From positions 2,566,709 through 2,630,708 of the forward strand of contig NC_057760.1 in assembly GCF_004010195.1 (NCBI RefSeq): a stretch of DNA of 64,000 nt, given 5' to 3'. The position numbers and the translations under genes are program-made. Positions 1-11,450 of the stretch are shown piece by piece. The notes beneath the pieces are model-generated. The model made no database searches and was not told where the DNA came from. It saw only the letters and a program-made list of their open reading frames with translations. Each line of letters begins with the position of its first letter. Position 1 is the first letter of the stretch. This DNA comes from Chiloscyllium plagiosum. Lineage: Eukaryota.

Positions 1-350
1 GGAGGGGAGCGCGCGCAGGCGCGGCGCCCCACGTGACCGCCGGGCTTTGGGGGGGGGGTTGGAAAACATCTGCGAGGAGGGGAGCGCGCGCATGCGCGGC
101 GCACCACGTGACTGTCGGGCTGGGGGTTGGAAAACATCTGCGAGGAGGGGAGCGCGCGCATGCGCGGCGCACCACGTGACTGTCGGGCTGGGGGTTGGAA
201 AACATCTGCGAGGAGGGGAGCGCGCGCATGCGCGGCGCACCACGTGACTGTCGGGCTGGGGGTTGGAAAACATCTGCGAGGAGGGGAGCGCGCGCCTGCG
301 CGGCGCACCACGTGACCGTCTGGGTGGAGGGGGGGTTTGGAAAACATCTG
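1..350. repeat. 68-bp GC-rich promoter minisatellite, ~5 copies (truncated by window start)
   Basis: GGAAAACATCTG recurs at 61, 129, 197, 265 (period 68) and 339; unit GGAAAACATCTGCGAGGAGGGGAGCGCGCGCATGCGCGGCGCACCACGTGACTGTCGGGCTGGGGGTT. Confidence 0.95.
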
Positions 351-850
351 TTGTTGTTGTTGTTGTGGTGATGTTGGGGGGGGAAGTCTCAACCTCCGAC
401 GTTATGATTTAATGTGTTTTTGTTTTTTCAAAAAAAAATATTTTAATTCAATCCCCCCCGGAAAAAAATGTAAATTTTTTTTTTGTGTGTGGGGAGGGGA
501 GGGGGGGAGACCTCGAGCTCCCCACCAACGGTCACGGGACGGGCGGCGCAAGGGTTTGTGGGAACGGACCGACCGCCCCTCCCCCTCCCCCCCACCTCAA
601 CCACTTCACCCTTTCCGCTCTCGATATAAAAGTGTATTTTTTGTGAGGGGGAAGCGGTTTTGTTTTGTTTGCTCTCGGGTTTGTTTCCTCTATCTTTTCC
701 CTCCCCGATCCCAGGGGGGGGGTTTATTATTTATTACCCCTCCCCCCGGTGACAGCAGCAGCGCCCTCACCGCCGCCATTTTGTGTTTATCTCTCTCTCT
801 CTCTCTCTGTGCTGCCTCTCGCCATGGCGCACTGTTCAGCGTTTGGTGTC
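1..850 (+). promoter_or_regulatory. CpG-rich promoter region of ASH1L with NRF1 sites, CACGTGAC E-boxes, TATAAAAG (625-632) and YY1 motif GCCGCCATTTTG (772-783)
   Basis: Clearly the most CpG-dense segment of the window; motifs read directly; lies upstream of a splice donor at 1301 and of the ASH1L first coding exon. Confidence 0.75.
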
Positions 851-1300
851 ATTTAAAAAAAAACACACACACACGCACATAGACAGAGGAGAAATATATA
901 TATATTATATATACAACACACGCACCAGGAAGGAAGGAAGAAAAAAGAGGAGGGGGTGGGGGCAGAGAAAGAAATCCCCCTTTCTACCATCTGTTGAACA
1001 ACGCGAGAGAGAGAGAGAAAATCCACCTTTTTTTTGTTGTTTGCGTGCAGCCATGAATGTGTGAAGGAGAGGAAGGCAAAGCCGAGTGGACAGAACATAT
1101 ACACGCATTATAAAACATACGTGTACACACACACACACACACTAAACGAGGATGTCTTTCTAAAAAGCGGTGGATCTCTCTCTGATTTCGCCTCCCCTCT
1201 CTTCCCACCCCTCCTTATGTTCCCTGTCTTCCCTCCTCATGTGCCATGGCGGACTGTGGAATGGATCATGTGAGAGAAAGAGAAAATATTATCCGTTCTG
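655..1300 (+). other. ASH1L: Probable non-coding exon 1 (5' UTR) of ASH1L; 5' end uncertain
   Basis: Donor CTG|GTAAGA at 1300/1301 followed by a G-rich intron start; mammalian ASH1L also has a non-coding exon 1; start guessed from the TATA-like element. Confidence 0.6.
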
Positions 1301-3958
1301 GTAAGAGAGAATGGTTGTGGGGGAGGGTTGTTGTGGGGTAATTCTTATATTTGATAGTGGAGGAGGGGATGTGTCAATATTATGGGAGAAGTGTTGGGAT
1401 CTTGAGGAAAGGGTTGTGGGGTAAATCTGCTAATGTTGGAGAGTGGGGGTAAAGGGACAGTGTTATAACGTGGGTGACGCTTTGTAGCATATGTTGTCAG
1501 TGTTCTGGAGAGCAGTTATAGGGTAACTTATAGGGTATTGTGGAGATGGGGCATGTCTGTTAATATTGGAGGTGTGGTTTTTAAATTTGGGAGAGTTGAG
1601 GTCGATTGGGTTTTGGAGTTGGCAGGCAGGGCAGGAATGAATTGCACTTTTCTTAAAACAAGTGGGAAGTGAGAAGGGGTCAATTTAAAGGTGTAATCAT
1701 TGATGTGTTAAAATGCATTTTGGTGGGTGTCTGTCGCTGGTTACACGTGGTAACAGTGAATTTTGTTCTGCCATTGACTGTACTCTCTGATACTTGTCTG
1801 TGTGGGACGAAGGACCGAAAATAAAACAGTGGAAATGTTTCCCTATCGGGCCTTTGATTTTGTTTCATCTTTCTTCCTCCTTTTTAGGTTTTAGATTTTT
1901 GATACTTCATGGCTTCCCTCTTCCCCATGTACAGGTTATGCTGCCCTGTATGGTTGGAGTTTCCCCTCTTTGGGTTTGTTTTCTTCATGTGCTTGAGGTG
2001 AAAGTCTTTCCCTCCTTGGGAGATGAGTCAGTTTTTTTTAACCCACTGTCTTTTCCCAGTCTGACCTTGTTAGAACCAATTTGGCTTTTGTTTGAACTCT
2101 GGTTCGTTGTCTGCTTGGTTTTTTTTACATATTTCATGGGGTGATCCATTAGTGTGATACAAATCAGTACAGATGACTGTCACTTTTTTCAAAAAAACAT
2201 TTTCCCCTAAAATACTTGTATATCGAATCTTTGTAAGCTGGTGGAAGTTTATCATGCTTTTTTCTCCTGCGTTGTAGTTCGACATTTTAGTTGAAATATT
2301 TCTTGATCATTTGTGCATTCTGGTGTCGATCACTTTAAGAATCATCAATAGTTTTTTTTGACTTTTTTTATGTTTGGTCTTAAATGTGTAGGTAAATTCT
2401 GAGTAACTTAGGTTAGTGCATTACTGTTTCAGGAAGGAGTAAACTATATGCTGTGATGATGCGCAACTTGTAGGTAAGTTCAGTGGATTGTTTGATTTTG
2501 ACTAAAGGCTTGACTTTTACAATACAAATATTGTTGAGATTATGATCTAATGTCAAAAATAATTGGCTAACTTAATGTACCCATCATTGTGTGCCATAAC
2601 TTTAAAAACACAGCCAATTGTTGGTGGAAGCACTTTTATTTTGGGTAAATGCAGCTTTCTAATCCCCAAACCTTAATGTGGTACGATTACTAGAATTCAA
2701 ATGAAGTAATCTTTTCAAACTGAAGTCTTCAGACATGCTTTTAGGAAGAGAATAAAGCTTTCACTTTTCCAAAAGTGAAAGGAAATGAGACTTTTGTTCA
2801 CATTTGCCCTTTTCTGAGTTTTCTGACAGTTCAAAGAATACAATAGTATAAGCAGTTGACCCAAATACTCAATTTCCTTTCAAAAATAGTCAGGAATCTC
2901 ATAGAAACTATCAGCTGTTGACAGTGCACAGACCCTTGTGAAGTGAATCAGTGTAGACCTTGCAAAGTTTGCTGATGCAGCCTTGCTGATGTAGGAGTCC
3001 ATTTAAAATTGTGTCCTGGGACCATGAGACCCAGTTCTACAGAAGCAACGTTTGAATCATTATGACATGCCTAATTTAAAATGTGGTGAGCCCTGACTCT
3101 AAGTGGTATGCATGTACATTATTATTTCTGATTGTCACTGAGAAAAAAAACAAACATTAATATTTGAAAGGTGCTAAAGCAGGCTGTGAGAGAGGGCAGG
3201 AAGGCGAATAAAAGCTGGCATGCCACCTATGTCCCAAGTAAAAAAAAATACTCACCTTTGTCAACATTGGGACTTATTCAAGATTTTATATGAAGCCAAG
3301 TTGTGAAATGGATTTCCAACCTGGTAAATATTTTCAAATTTCACATAACATTAACCACCCGATACATATAAACTGAAATTCATGTAATGCCAAAAAGAAT
3401 GGACTTGGATTGTTGATGTAGTAAGCGCATGTGCCTGAGAGATTTTGTAAATGAGGATTAAAAGTTCAGGTTATAGACAAATAAGTCTGTTTTAATTTTT
3501 ATTTTAGAATTTTTCTGCTGTATGGGAGCCACATTATGAAGAGTAGTTTTATTGTAATGTTCTACTCACCAATAGCATGTTTGATCTTCAAAATATTTGT
3601 GAGAGCTGTGTTATTGTAATACAGTTTGGTTATTATCCTGACTATTCTGCTAGCTTGTGTGAAGAGAAAAATAAACTTCCATTGATACAGTACTCCAGGA
3701 TATCCTGAAACAGTTTGCTTTCAACAACCTATAACAGTGACTACACTTCGAGTAATATAGAAAAAGCAACTATGTTCCACTGTGGTTTTGAGGGCAATCT
3801 TGGGGTCACAAGCGTGTGACTTAAACTGGGCGATCGTTTTGGGAGTGGGAGAGTTGGATGTATTATTGAGGTGCTCCATTACACAGGCATACAGTCTACT
3901 TCTATTGTGGTTCATGTATGACATTAGACTATGCAGTCTGACTGTAATATGTTTTGAG

Positions 3959-4186
3959 ACAAAAGAAACTACTTATGCTGGAATCCAAATTAGACCGGCA
4001 GGAGGCTGGAAGAACACAGGCTAGGCAGCATCAGGAGGTGGAGAAGCCAACATTTCGGATGTAACCCCTTCTTCAGCACCCTTTGGGTCCTGAAGCGTCG
4101 ACTGAAGCGACGCCGAAAACATTGACTTCTCCACCTCCTGATTCTCCTGGTCTGCTCTGTTCTTCCAGCCTCCTGCCTATCTATTA
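3959..4186. mobile_element. Short fold-back (inverted-repeat) Penelope-related insertion with degenerate hammerhead core
   Basis: Arms 3991-4058 / 4113-4183; perfect 16-bp direct repeat TGTAATATGTTTTGAG at 3943-3958 and 4187-4202. Confidence 0.8.
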
Positions 4187-4384
4187 TGTAATATGTTTTG
4201 AGTCTGACATTGAACTGAAGTGCAGCTGGTTGTATTGTGGTTCAGTTGTTTATGAAACTGAAATACAATTTTCCTGCATTTTGGTTCAGGTGTGACCTGA
4301 GGTTCATTTGCCTGAATTGTGGTCTAGGTGTGCCATGAAACTCTGTAGTTTGTCTGTATTTTGCTTCAGGTATGATGCAATGTA

Positions 4385-4850
4385 TTGGGAAGCATGGGTG
4401 TACAAAGGGTTATGGGTGTCAGTGTACACCAGTCGTTGAAATTAGACAGGCTGACGCAGCAGACAGTTACAAAGGCAAATGGTATGTTGGCCCTGATTGC
4501 AAGAGGATTTGAGAGCAGGGATAGGGATGCCTTACTGCAGTTGTACACGCTCTTGGTGAGACCATATCTCTAGTATTGTGCGGAGTTTTGGTCTGCTTTG
4601 TTAAGAGAGGATGTTTTTGTTAGAGAGGAAGTGCAGCAGAGGATTGGTTCAACCGCATCTTTATTCAGTAGGATTTAGAAGGATGAGAAGTGATCTGATT
4701 GAAATATCTAAAATTCTCACAGGGCTGGACAGACTCAATGCAGAGAAAATGTTTCCCCAGTTGGGGAGTATAGAATGAGGGAGCGATAACCTTAGGACAC
4801 AGGGTAGATTGTTTAGGACCCAGATGAGGAAATATTTCTTCACTCACAGA
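4385..4850 (+). mobile_element. Decayed CR1-type LINE ORF2 C-terminal fragment
   Basis: KANGMLALIARGFESRDRDALLQLYTLLVRPYL is the typical CR1 post-RT segment. Confidence 0.85.
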
Positions 4851-5059
4851 ATGTAGTAGTACTTGGACAACAAGTAGTACTTAGGCAACAATGGTTTGCC
4901 CATTAATGCTCAGTATGAATATCTGCAAGGGCCACACATCTTCTGACTTTATTGTCCTGGGGCAAATGTGGACAACAGTGCTGAGCTGGAGAAGAGTTGA
5001 AGTGACTGCTTTGAACATCAAGAAGCCTTAGCAAAACTGGAGTTATTGAGAAATGGGAA

Positions 5060-6290
5060 AACACTATTGAGTATGATATTATAGAAATGGAGATGGTGGT
5101 TGTTAGGGGTCAGTGATCTCAGTTCCAGGACACCTCTGCAGAAGTTCCTAGGTCCAACCATCTTCAACTGTTTTATCAATGACCCCTCCTCCACTGCAAT
5201 GTCAGAAGTGTTTGCTGCTATTTTGTGCAATGTACCCATGATATGCAACCCCTCAGAAACTGAAGCAGTCCATGTTGATAGGCAGCAAGACCTGATAATT
5301 TTCAGTCTCTGAATGATAAGTAACTTGTAACATTCATGCTGCATAATGTCCATCACCAATAAGAGACAAACTAAGGATCTCCATATTCACTGACATTGCC
5401 ATCACTGAATCCCCACTATTAACATCCTGAAGGTTGCTCATTGAACTAGAAACTGAACTGGATTGGGCATATAGATACTGTGGCTTGAGAGCAGTTCAAA
5501 AGCTGGGCATTCTTTGGGAAGGAACTCAGCAGGTGAGTTCCAAAAGCTGATGTCAACAAGGCATGAATCTAGAGTGTTGATCAAGTGTGCAACTGGAAAA
5601 AGCCCAGCAGTTCAAGCAGCATGAAACCCAACCTGAAACGTTACCTCTCTTGGTCCTCCAATGCTCGACCTACTGTGCTTTTTTCAGCTCCACACTTTAT
5701 TGACCCTGACTTTCCAGCATTTGCAACCTTCACTATCTACAAATCTGGACTGTGACAAAACTCTCTCCATTTGACTGGATGGGTTCAGTTTCAACAACTG
5801 TAGAAGCTCAACATCAAGAATAAACAGCTACTTGACAGGTGCAGTATCACCCACCTTCAGCATTCATTCAGATGCTAGAATCGAAACTGATGAAGAGTCA
5901 TCTAGACTTGAAACGTTCGCTCACTTTCTCTCCATGGATACTGCCTGACCCGCTGTGATATCCAGCATTTTTTATTTTCAGTTTAGCATTCGCTTGCTTT
6001 GCCACGAAAGCACACTACGGTGCACCATCTATAAGGTGTGCTGCAGTAAGATTCATTTGTCAGCACCTTCCAAAACTGACTTCCGCCACCTTTCATTCTA
6101 AATTGGAACTTATTGCCATTTTCTCCATATCTCAATCAAAATCCTGAAACTCTCTTTGTAACGGCACAGTTACACTCCATGGGGTTCAACGATTCTCGAA
6201 GGCAGTTTGCCATCACTTTCTCAAGTTCAACTGGGGATGAGCAATAAATGCTGGCCCAGCCAATGACGCTCACGTACTGAGAGAATGAAA
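5060..6290 (+). mobile_element. Old LINE (CR1/L2-group) RT-to-3' end fragment with nested short elements
   Basis: LGPTIFNCFIND RT motif; 3' tail GCAATAAATGCTGGCCCAGCCA...GAATGA at 6241-6288. Confidence 0.7.
5866..5981 (+). mobile_element. Short hammerhead-core-bearing insertion
   Basis: CTGATGA-A-GAGTC-ATCTA-GACTT-GAAA-CGTT at 5887-5917; flanking AGCATTC at 5859-5865 and 5985-5991. Confidence 0.65.
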
Positions 6291-6299
6291 AAACTACAT

Positions 6300-6470
6300 G
6301 AATTGTGGTTCAGGTGTCATGTAAGTCTGTGGTATGGTTTGCCTGTATTGTGGTTCAGGTGTAATGTTAAACTGTGGTGTGGTTTGCCTGTATTGTGGTT
6401 CAGACGTGACATTTAACTGTGGTGTGGTCTGCCTGTACTGTTGTGATCGGAAACTCTGGTGTAGTCTTGT
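6300..6470. repeat. ~44-bp degenerate minisatellite (TATTGTGGTTCAGGTGT...GTGGTTTGCCTG)
   Basis: 3-4 adjacent copies; related degenerate copies at ~3900-3960 and ~4200-4380. Confidence 0.75.
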
Positions 6471-6723
6471 TTATGGTTGGGGGTGTTGAATATGCTAATG
6501 ACAGTAACAGTCATGAATTTGATGCAAATTCTATGGTTTTTGGATATGGTGATTAAACCTGTCTTCCAGAAACTTTCCAAGCTGTTTCTGCGGTGTGAGC
6601 TTCATTGATTCTCCGTTATGTCAATATTCCACAAACGGGTAGGAAAACCAATGGAGGGCCAGAGAAGCCTGAAAGAGTGTCTTTGTCATGGCCTACAGCT
6701 GAGAAGAGAGAGACCAAAGTGAC

Positions 6724-8118
6724 ATAAAACATAGAACATTACAGCACAGTACAGGCCCTTCGGCCCTCGATTTGTGCTGTCCTGTCATACTAATCTGAAG
6801 CCCATCCCACCTACACTATTCAATGTACGTCCATTTGCCTGTCCAATGGCGACTTAAATGCCCTTAAACTTGGTGAATCTGCTACCGATGCAGGCAAAGC
6901 ATTCCATACCCTTACTACTCTCTGAGTAAAGAAACTACCTCTGACATCTGTCTTCTATCTCCCCTCACTTTAAAGTTGTGTCCCCTCGTGTTTGCCGTCC
7001 CCATACTTGGAAAAAGGCTCTCCTTGTACACCCTATCTAACCCTTTGATTATCTTGTATGTCTCTATTAAGTCACCTCTCCACCTTCTTCTCTCTAACGA
7101 GAACAACCTCAAGGCCCTCAGCCTTTCCTCGTAAGACATTCCTTCCATACCAACAATACTCCAAGTGTGGCCGTACCAGAGCTTTGTACAGCTGCAGCAT
7201 ACCCTCCTGGTTCCGGAACTCAATCCCTCTATTAATAAAGTCCAAAACACTGTATGCCTTCTTAACAACCCTGTCAATCTGGGTGGCAGCTTTCAGGGAT
7301 CTGTGTACATGGACACCGAGATCTCTCTGCTCATATGCAATCCCAAGAATCTTGCCATTAGCCCAGTACTTTGCATTCCGTTTACTCTGTCCAAAGTGTA
7401 TCACCTCACACTTGTCCACGTTAAACTCCATTTGCCACCTCTCAGCCCAGCTCTGCATCCTATCTATGTCTCTCTGCAACCTACTACATCCTTCGTCACT
7501 ATCCACAACTCCACCGACCTTAGTGTCGTCCGCAAATTTAGAAACCCACCCTTCTAAGCCCTCATCCAGGTCATTTATAAAATGACGAACAGCAGTGGAC
7601 CCAACATCGACCCTTGCGGTATGCCGCTAGTAACTGGACACCAAGATGAACATGTTCCATCAACTACAACCCTCTTTTCTTTCAGCAAGCCAATTACTGA
7701 TCCAAACTGCTATGTCTCCCACAATCCCATTCCTCAGCATTTTGTATAATAGCCTAATGTGGGGAACTTGATTGAACGCCTTGGTGAAATCCATATACAC
7801 CACATCAACCAGTTTACTCTCATCTACCTGTTTGGTTAGTTTATCAAAAAATCAATAAGATTCGTTAGGCATGACCTACCCTTCACAAAACCATGCTGAC
7901 TGTCCCTGATCAGATGATTCTTTTCTAGATTCTTTTATAAATCCTATCTCTTATAATCTTTTCCAACACTTGACCAACAACTGAAGTGAGACTCACTGGT
8001 CTGTAATTACTAGGGTTGTCTCTGCTACCCTTTTTGAACAAAGGAACCACATTTGCTATCCTCCAGTCCTCAGGCAATATTCCTGTCGACAATGATGATT
8101 TGAAGATCAATGCCAAAG
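6724..8118 (-). mobile_element. 5'-truncated CR1/HER1-like LINE
   Basis: Minus-strand ORFs PEDWRIANVVPLFKKG..NYRPVSLTSVVG and WQMEFNVDKCEVIHFG..LQLYKALVRPHLEYC; 3' tail at 6724. Confidence 0.92.
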
Positions 8119-8820
8119 GTGACCAATGTAGTTCAGTAAGAATTCAAGGAGTGTGACAGCACATTGAGATACGTATCTCCCAGACTCTGAAGAGTGCCTC
8201 ACCTCCCAGATATAGCATTTATACATAGCATGACTGATTCTGAATGTGCATACAAAGTGCCACTTTGTGATTGACATCCCTGATATTGGGAAGGAGATGT
8301 ATGACCATGTTCCTGCAGAATGTTGCAGTCAGTATTTCACCATTCCATTGTGGGGAAGTTAGATGCAGAAAAATACCTTGGACCACGAATTCATCAGCCA
8401 ATGATCTGCATGTAACACTCCTATAGTCCGGGTGGGATAAGGAGCTGGTGGATCCTGTTAGCTGGTTCCCTGAGTAAACTGTCAGTTGGCAAAATGCTTC
8501 CTTGCCAGGCCTTTTAAATATTTGAGACATAGTCTAAGGTTGAAGAGGGCCATCAGATCTTGCCTGCATATCTGGAGAGTAACCTCCTCTGCGCTACTAT
8601 TGATGCAACCATGTGGGGAAGAGATCATTGCCCACAACCTGCTTTTCAAAGGCAAATTACAGGTCTGAAAGGAGGTGCAGTGAATTTTGTTGAGGTTCAT
8701 GCTGCGGAGATCCTGCTAAGCAGGGCTATGTACTCTATGAGCTTTTCCTGGAGGGAAACATTCGGCGATGGACGCATTGAGCGATAGAAACATTAACTGT
8801 TGTTGGAGGAGCAACTACAT

Positions 8821-9101
8821 GGGTGGCACAGTGGTTAGCACTGCCTCACAGCGACAGAGACCCGGGTTTAATTCCTGCCTCAGACGACTGACTGTGTGGA
8901 GTTTGCACATTCTCCCCGTGTCTGCGTGGGTTTCCTCCCACAGTCCAAAAATGTGCAAGTTACGTGAATTGGCCATGCTAAAATTACCGTAATGTTAGGT
9001 GAAGGGGTAAATGTAGGGGAATGGGTCTGGGTGGGTTGCACTTCAGTGGGTTGGTGTGGACTTGTTGGGCTGAAGGGTCTGTTTCCACACTGTAAGTAAT
9101 C
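8821..9101 (+). mobile_element. HE1-type tRNA-derived V-SINE
   Basis: tRNA-like head GGTGGCACAGTGGTTAGCACTG, V-domain GTGTGGAGTTTGCACATTCTCCCCGTG, CR1-like tail GAAGGGTCTGTTTCCACACTGTA. Confidence 0.85.
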
Positions 9102-9199
9102 GAACCTACATGGTGACATGCTCTTTCGTCTGCCTTGTACTTGTTGGTCTTCCAGTGCAAAGACTATTTAGGACTGAATGTTGGAGACTAGCACATTCC

Positions 9200-9668
9200 A
9201 AGATGCTTACCAGGATGTTGCCTGGTATGAGGGAAGGCCTTATGAGGAAAGGCTGAGGGACTTTAGGCGGCTGTTTTTGTTGGAGATGAATGGGTGACTT
9301 AATTGGTGAATGAGAGGTGACTTAATTGAGACACAGAAGATAATCAGAGGGTTAGATGGAGTGGGCAGTGAGAGCCTTTCTCCTCAAATAGTGATGACTA
9401 GCACGAGGGGGCATAGCTTTAAATTGAAGGGTGATAGATGTAGGACAGACTTCAGAGGTAGTTTCTTTACTCAGTAGTAGGGGCATGGAACACACTGCCT
9501 ACAATAGTAGTAGACTTGCCAACTTTAAGGGCATTTAAATGGTCATTGGATAGACACATGGATGAAAATGAAATGGTGTTGGTTGGATGGACTTCAGAAT
9601 TGGTTTCACAGATCGGTGCAACATCGAGGACCGAAGGGCTAGTGCTGTGTTGTAATGTTCTATGTTCT
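9200..9668 (+). mobile_element. CR1 LINE 3' end
   Basis: TRMLPG...YEERL-like coding remnant; tail TGTTCTATGTTCT. Confidence 0.85.
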
Positions 9669-10059
9669 GTTCCAGGATGTTGAGAGGAATGCTAAATCTT
9701 GAAGTGGCTGCTGCAGAGTCTTGAAGGGGAAAAGCTGCTGTTTACGACTTCCCACTGTACTTATGGATTAAAAACTACCCAAAACCCATTGTGTTTTATG
9801 TGACAAGTCTGGCAGCAAGTGTAAAGGTATATTGTAACTATAACCTGTAATGGCAAGTGTGCACTTTATGTACTGTATTCAAAACAACTGATCTATATTA
9901 TACTGTATGCAGCATACATTTGGTGGGCAAATTTCATGAATCAAATAAATTTTTGCGGGGAAACAGTTTGTGATACAATCATGTAATTTAAGTGCCTTTG
10001 GATATTTGAGCCCCTCCATAGCATTGCCTTGATTTGTATATTGCTGCATCCTTTTGATT

Positions 10060-11450
10060 GTAATATCTCTTGTACCTAGGTCCAGTGAAAGGTTTTGTTT
10101 TGTGTGCAGTATAGGCAGATCATAGCATATAAAGGTCACGCGGTGATTGAACAGAGCCAGGATTACAAAGTTATGCCTGCAAAGCATGTGCAGAAAAAGC
10201 AAGATCAGCATTAGAGAGGTTCATTGAGAAGTCTAATAACAGGGAAGAAGCTGTTCCTGAACCTGTTGGTACATGTGTTTAGGTTTTTATATCTTCTGCC
10301 TGATGGAAGAGATTATAACCAGAATGGGAAGAGTATTTGTTGGCTGCCTTTCCGAAGCAGTGGGAAGTGTAGTTGGAGTCGGTGCCTGGAAGGTTGGCTT
10401 GTGAGATGGACTTGGCTATGTTCACAATCTCTGTAGTTTCTAATGGTCCAGGGCAGAGCAGTTGCCGTAACAAGCTGTGCACCTGATTGAATGCTTTTTA
10501 TGGTGCATCTGGAGAAGTTGATGAGTCCTTATGGACATGCTGAATTTCCTTAGTCTCCTGCAAAGAAGAGGTGTTGTACCTTGGTGTTGCATCAACATGG
10601 GTGGGCCAGAACAGATCATTGATTGTCATTCCTAGGAACTTGACACACTCAGCCAGCACCATCAGTTGTAAGTAGGGGTATACCACCTCCTTGCATCCTG
10701 AAGTCAATGATCAGCTCTTCAGGTTTGCTGACATTGAGGGAGAGATTATCATTACACTGTGTGGCCAAACACTCAATCTATTTGCTGTACTCTTTCTCAT
10801 TAATTGTTTGATATCTGGCCTACAATAGTGGTGTTGTCAATGAACCTGTAAATGGAGTTTGGATGAAATTAGGCCGCAAAGTCATGAGTGTTCATTGAGT
10901 ATAGTAAGGTTGAGTGTGCAGCATTGCAGGACATCGGTGATGAGCATTGTCACTGAGATGTTGCTGTTGTGTCCTGTGGGTCAGGACGTCGAGGATCCAG
11001 TTGTAAAGGGCGTAACAGAGACCTAAAGGTTAGTTTGGTTGGGATTATAGTGTTGAAGGCTAAGCTATAGTCAATAAGTAGAAGACTGCCTTAGGTAATT
11101 TTGTTATCCCAATGTTCTAGGAATGTGAATAGGGCTAGAAAGATGGTCTCTGCTGTGGGGCTGTTGTGCCAGTAGGCAAATTGCAATGATCAAGGCAGCT
11201 GGGAGGCTAGAGTTTATGTGAGCCATGACTAATGTCTCAAAGGACTCCATAATTATCGAGGTCAGAGCCACTGGGTGGTAGTCATTGAGGCAAGTTGCTG
11301 TGTTGTCTTTGGTATGGGGATGATGGTTTTTTGAATTAGGTGGGGATTTAAGATTATAGTAAAGAGAGATTAAAGATGTTTGTGAATACTCCTACCAGCT
11401 GGTCTGCACAGGATCTGAGTGCATGGCTGGGGACTCCATCTGAAATGTGA
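10060..11450 (-). mobile_element. Decayed Rex1/Babar-like LINE
   Basis: Minus-strand ECVKFLGMTINDLFWPTHVDA motif; same 3' region again at 26277-26695. Confidence 0.6.

Larger units (their letters stand above)
8140..9750 (+). mobile_element. Old Tx1/L1-like LINE C-terminal fragment, interrupted by a SINE and a CR1 piece
   Basis: Degenerate WQNASL...CGEEIIAHNLL...NINCCWR...LLVFQCK segments resembling the Tx1 ORF2 C-terminus; recognised by eye. Confidence 0.5.

Noticed and set aside
47..315. Repeated 62-66-aa ORFs in the first 315 bp
   Set aside because: They are translations of the 68-bp minisatellite from TTG starts, with no protein-like features
1..350. CRISPR-like regular repeat
   Set aside because: There are no unique spacers (whole units repeat) and the context is a vertebrate promoter
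337..1273. ORFs of 60-181 aa over the promoter and exon 1
   Set aside because: Low-complexity, microsatellite-derived translations, mostly with non-ATG starts
2453..2520. Box C/D snoRNA (GTGATGA)
   Set aside because: No properly placed CTGA box D or terminal stem
8821..8880. tRNA gene
   Set aside because: The A/B-box-like head continues into SINE body and tail; the same applies to 32900-32968 and 62310-62385
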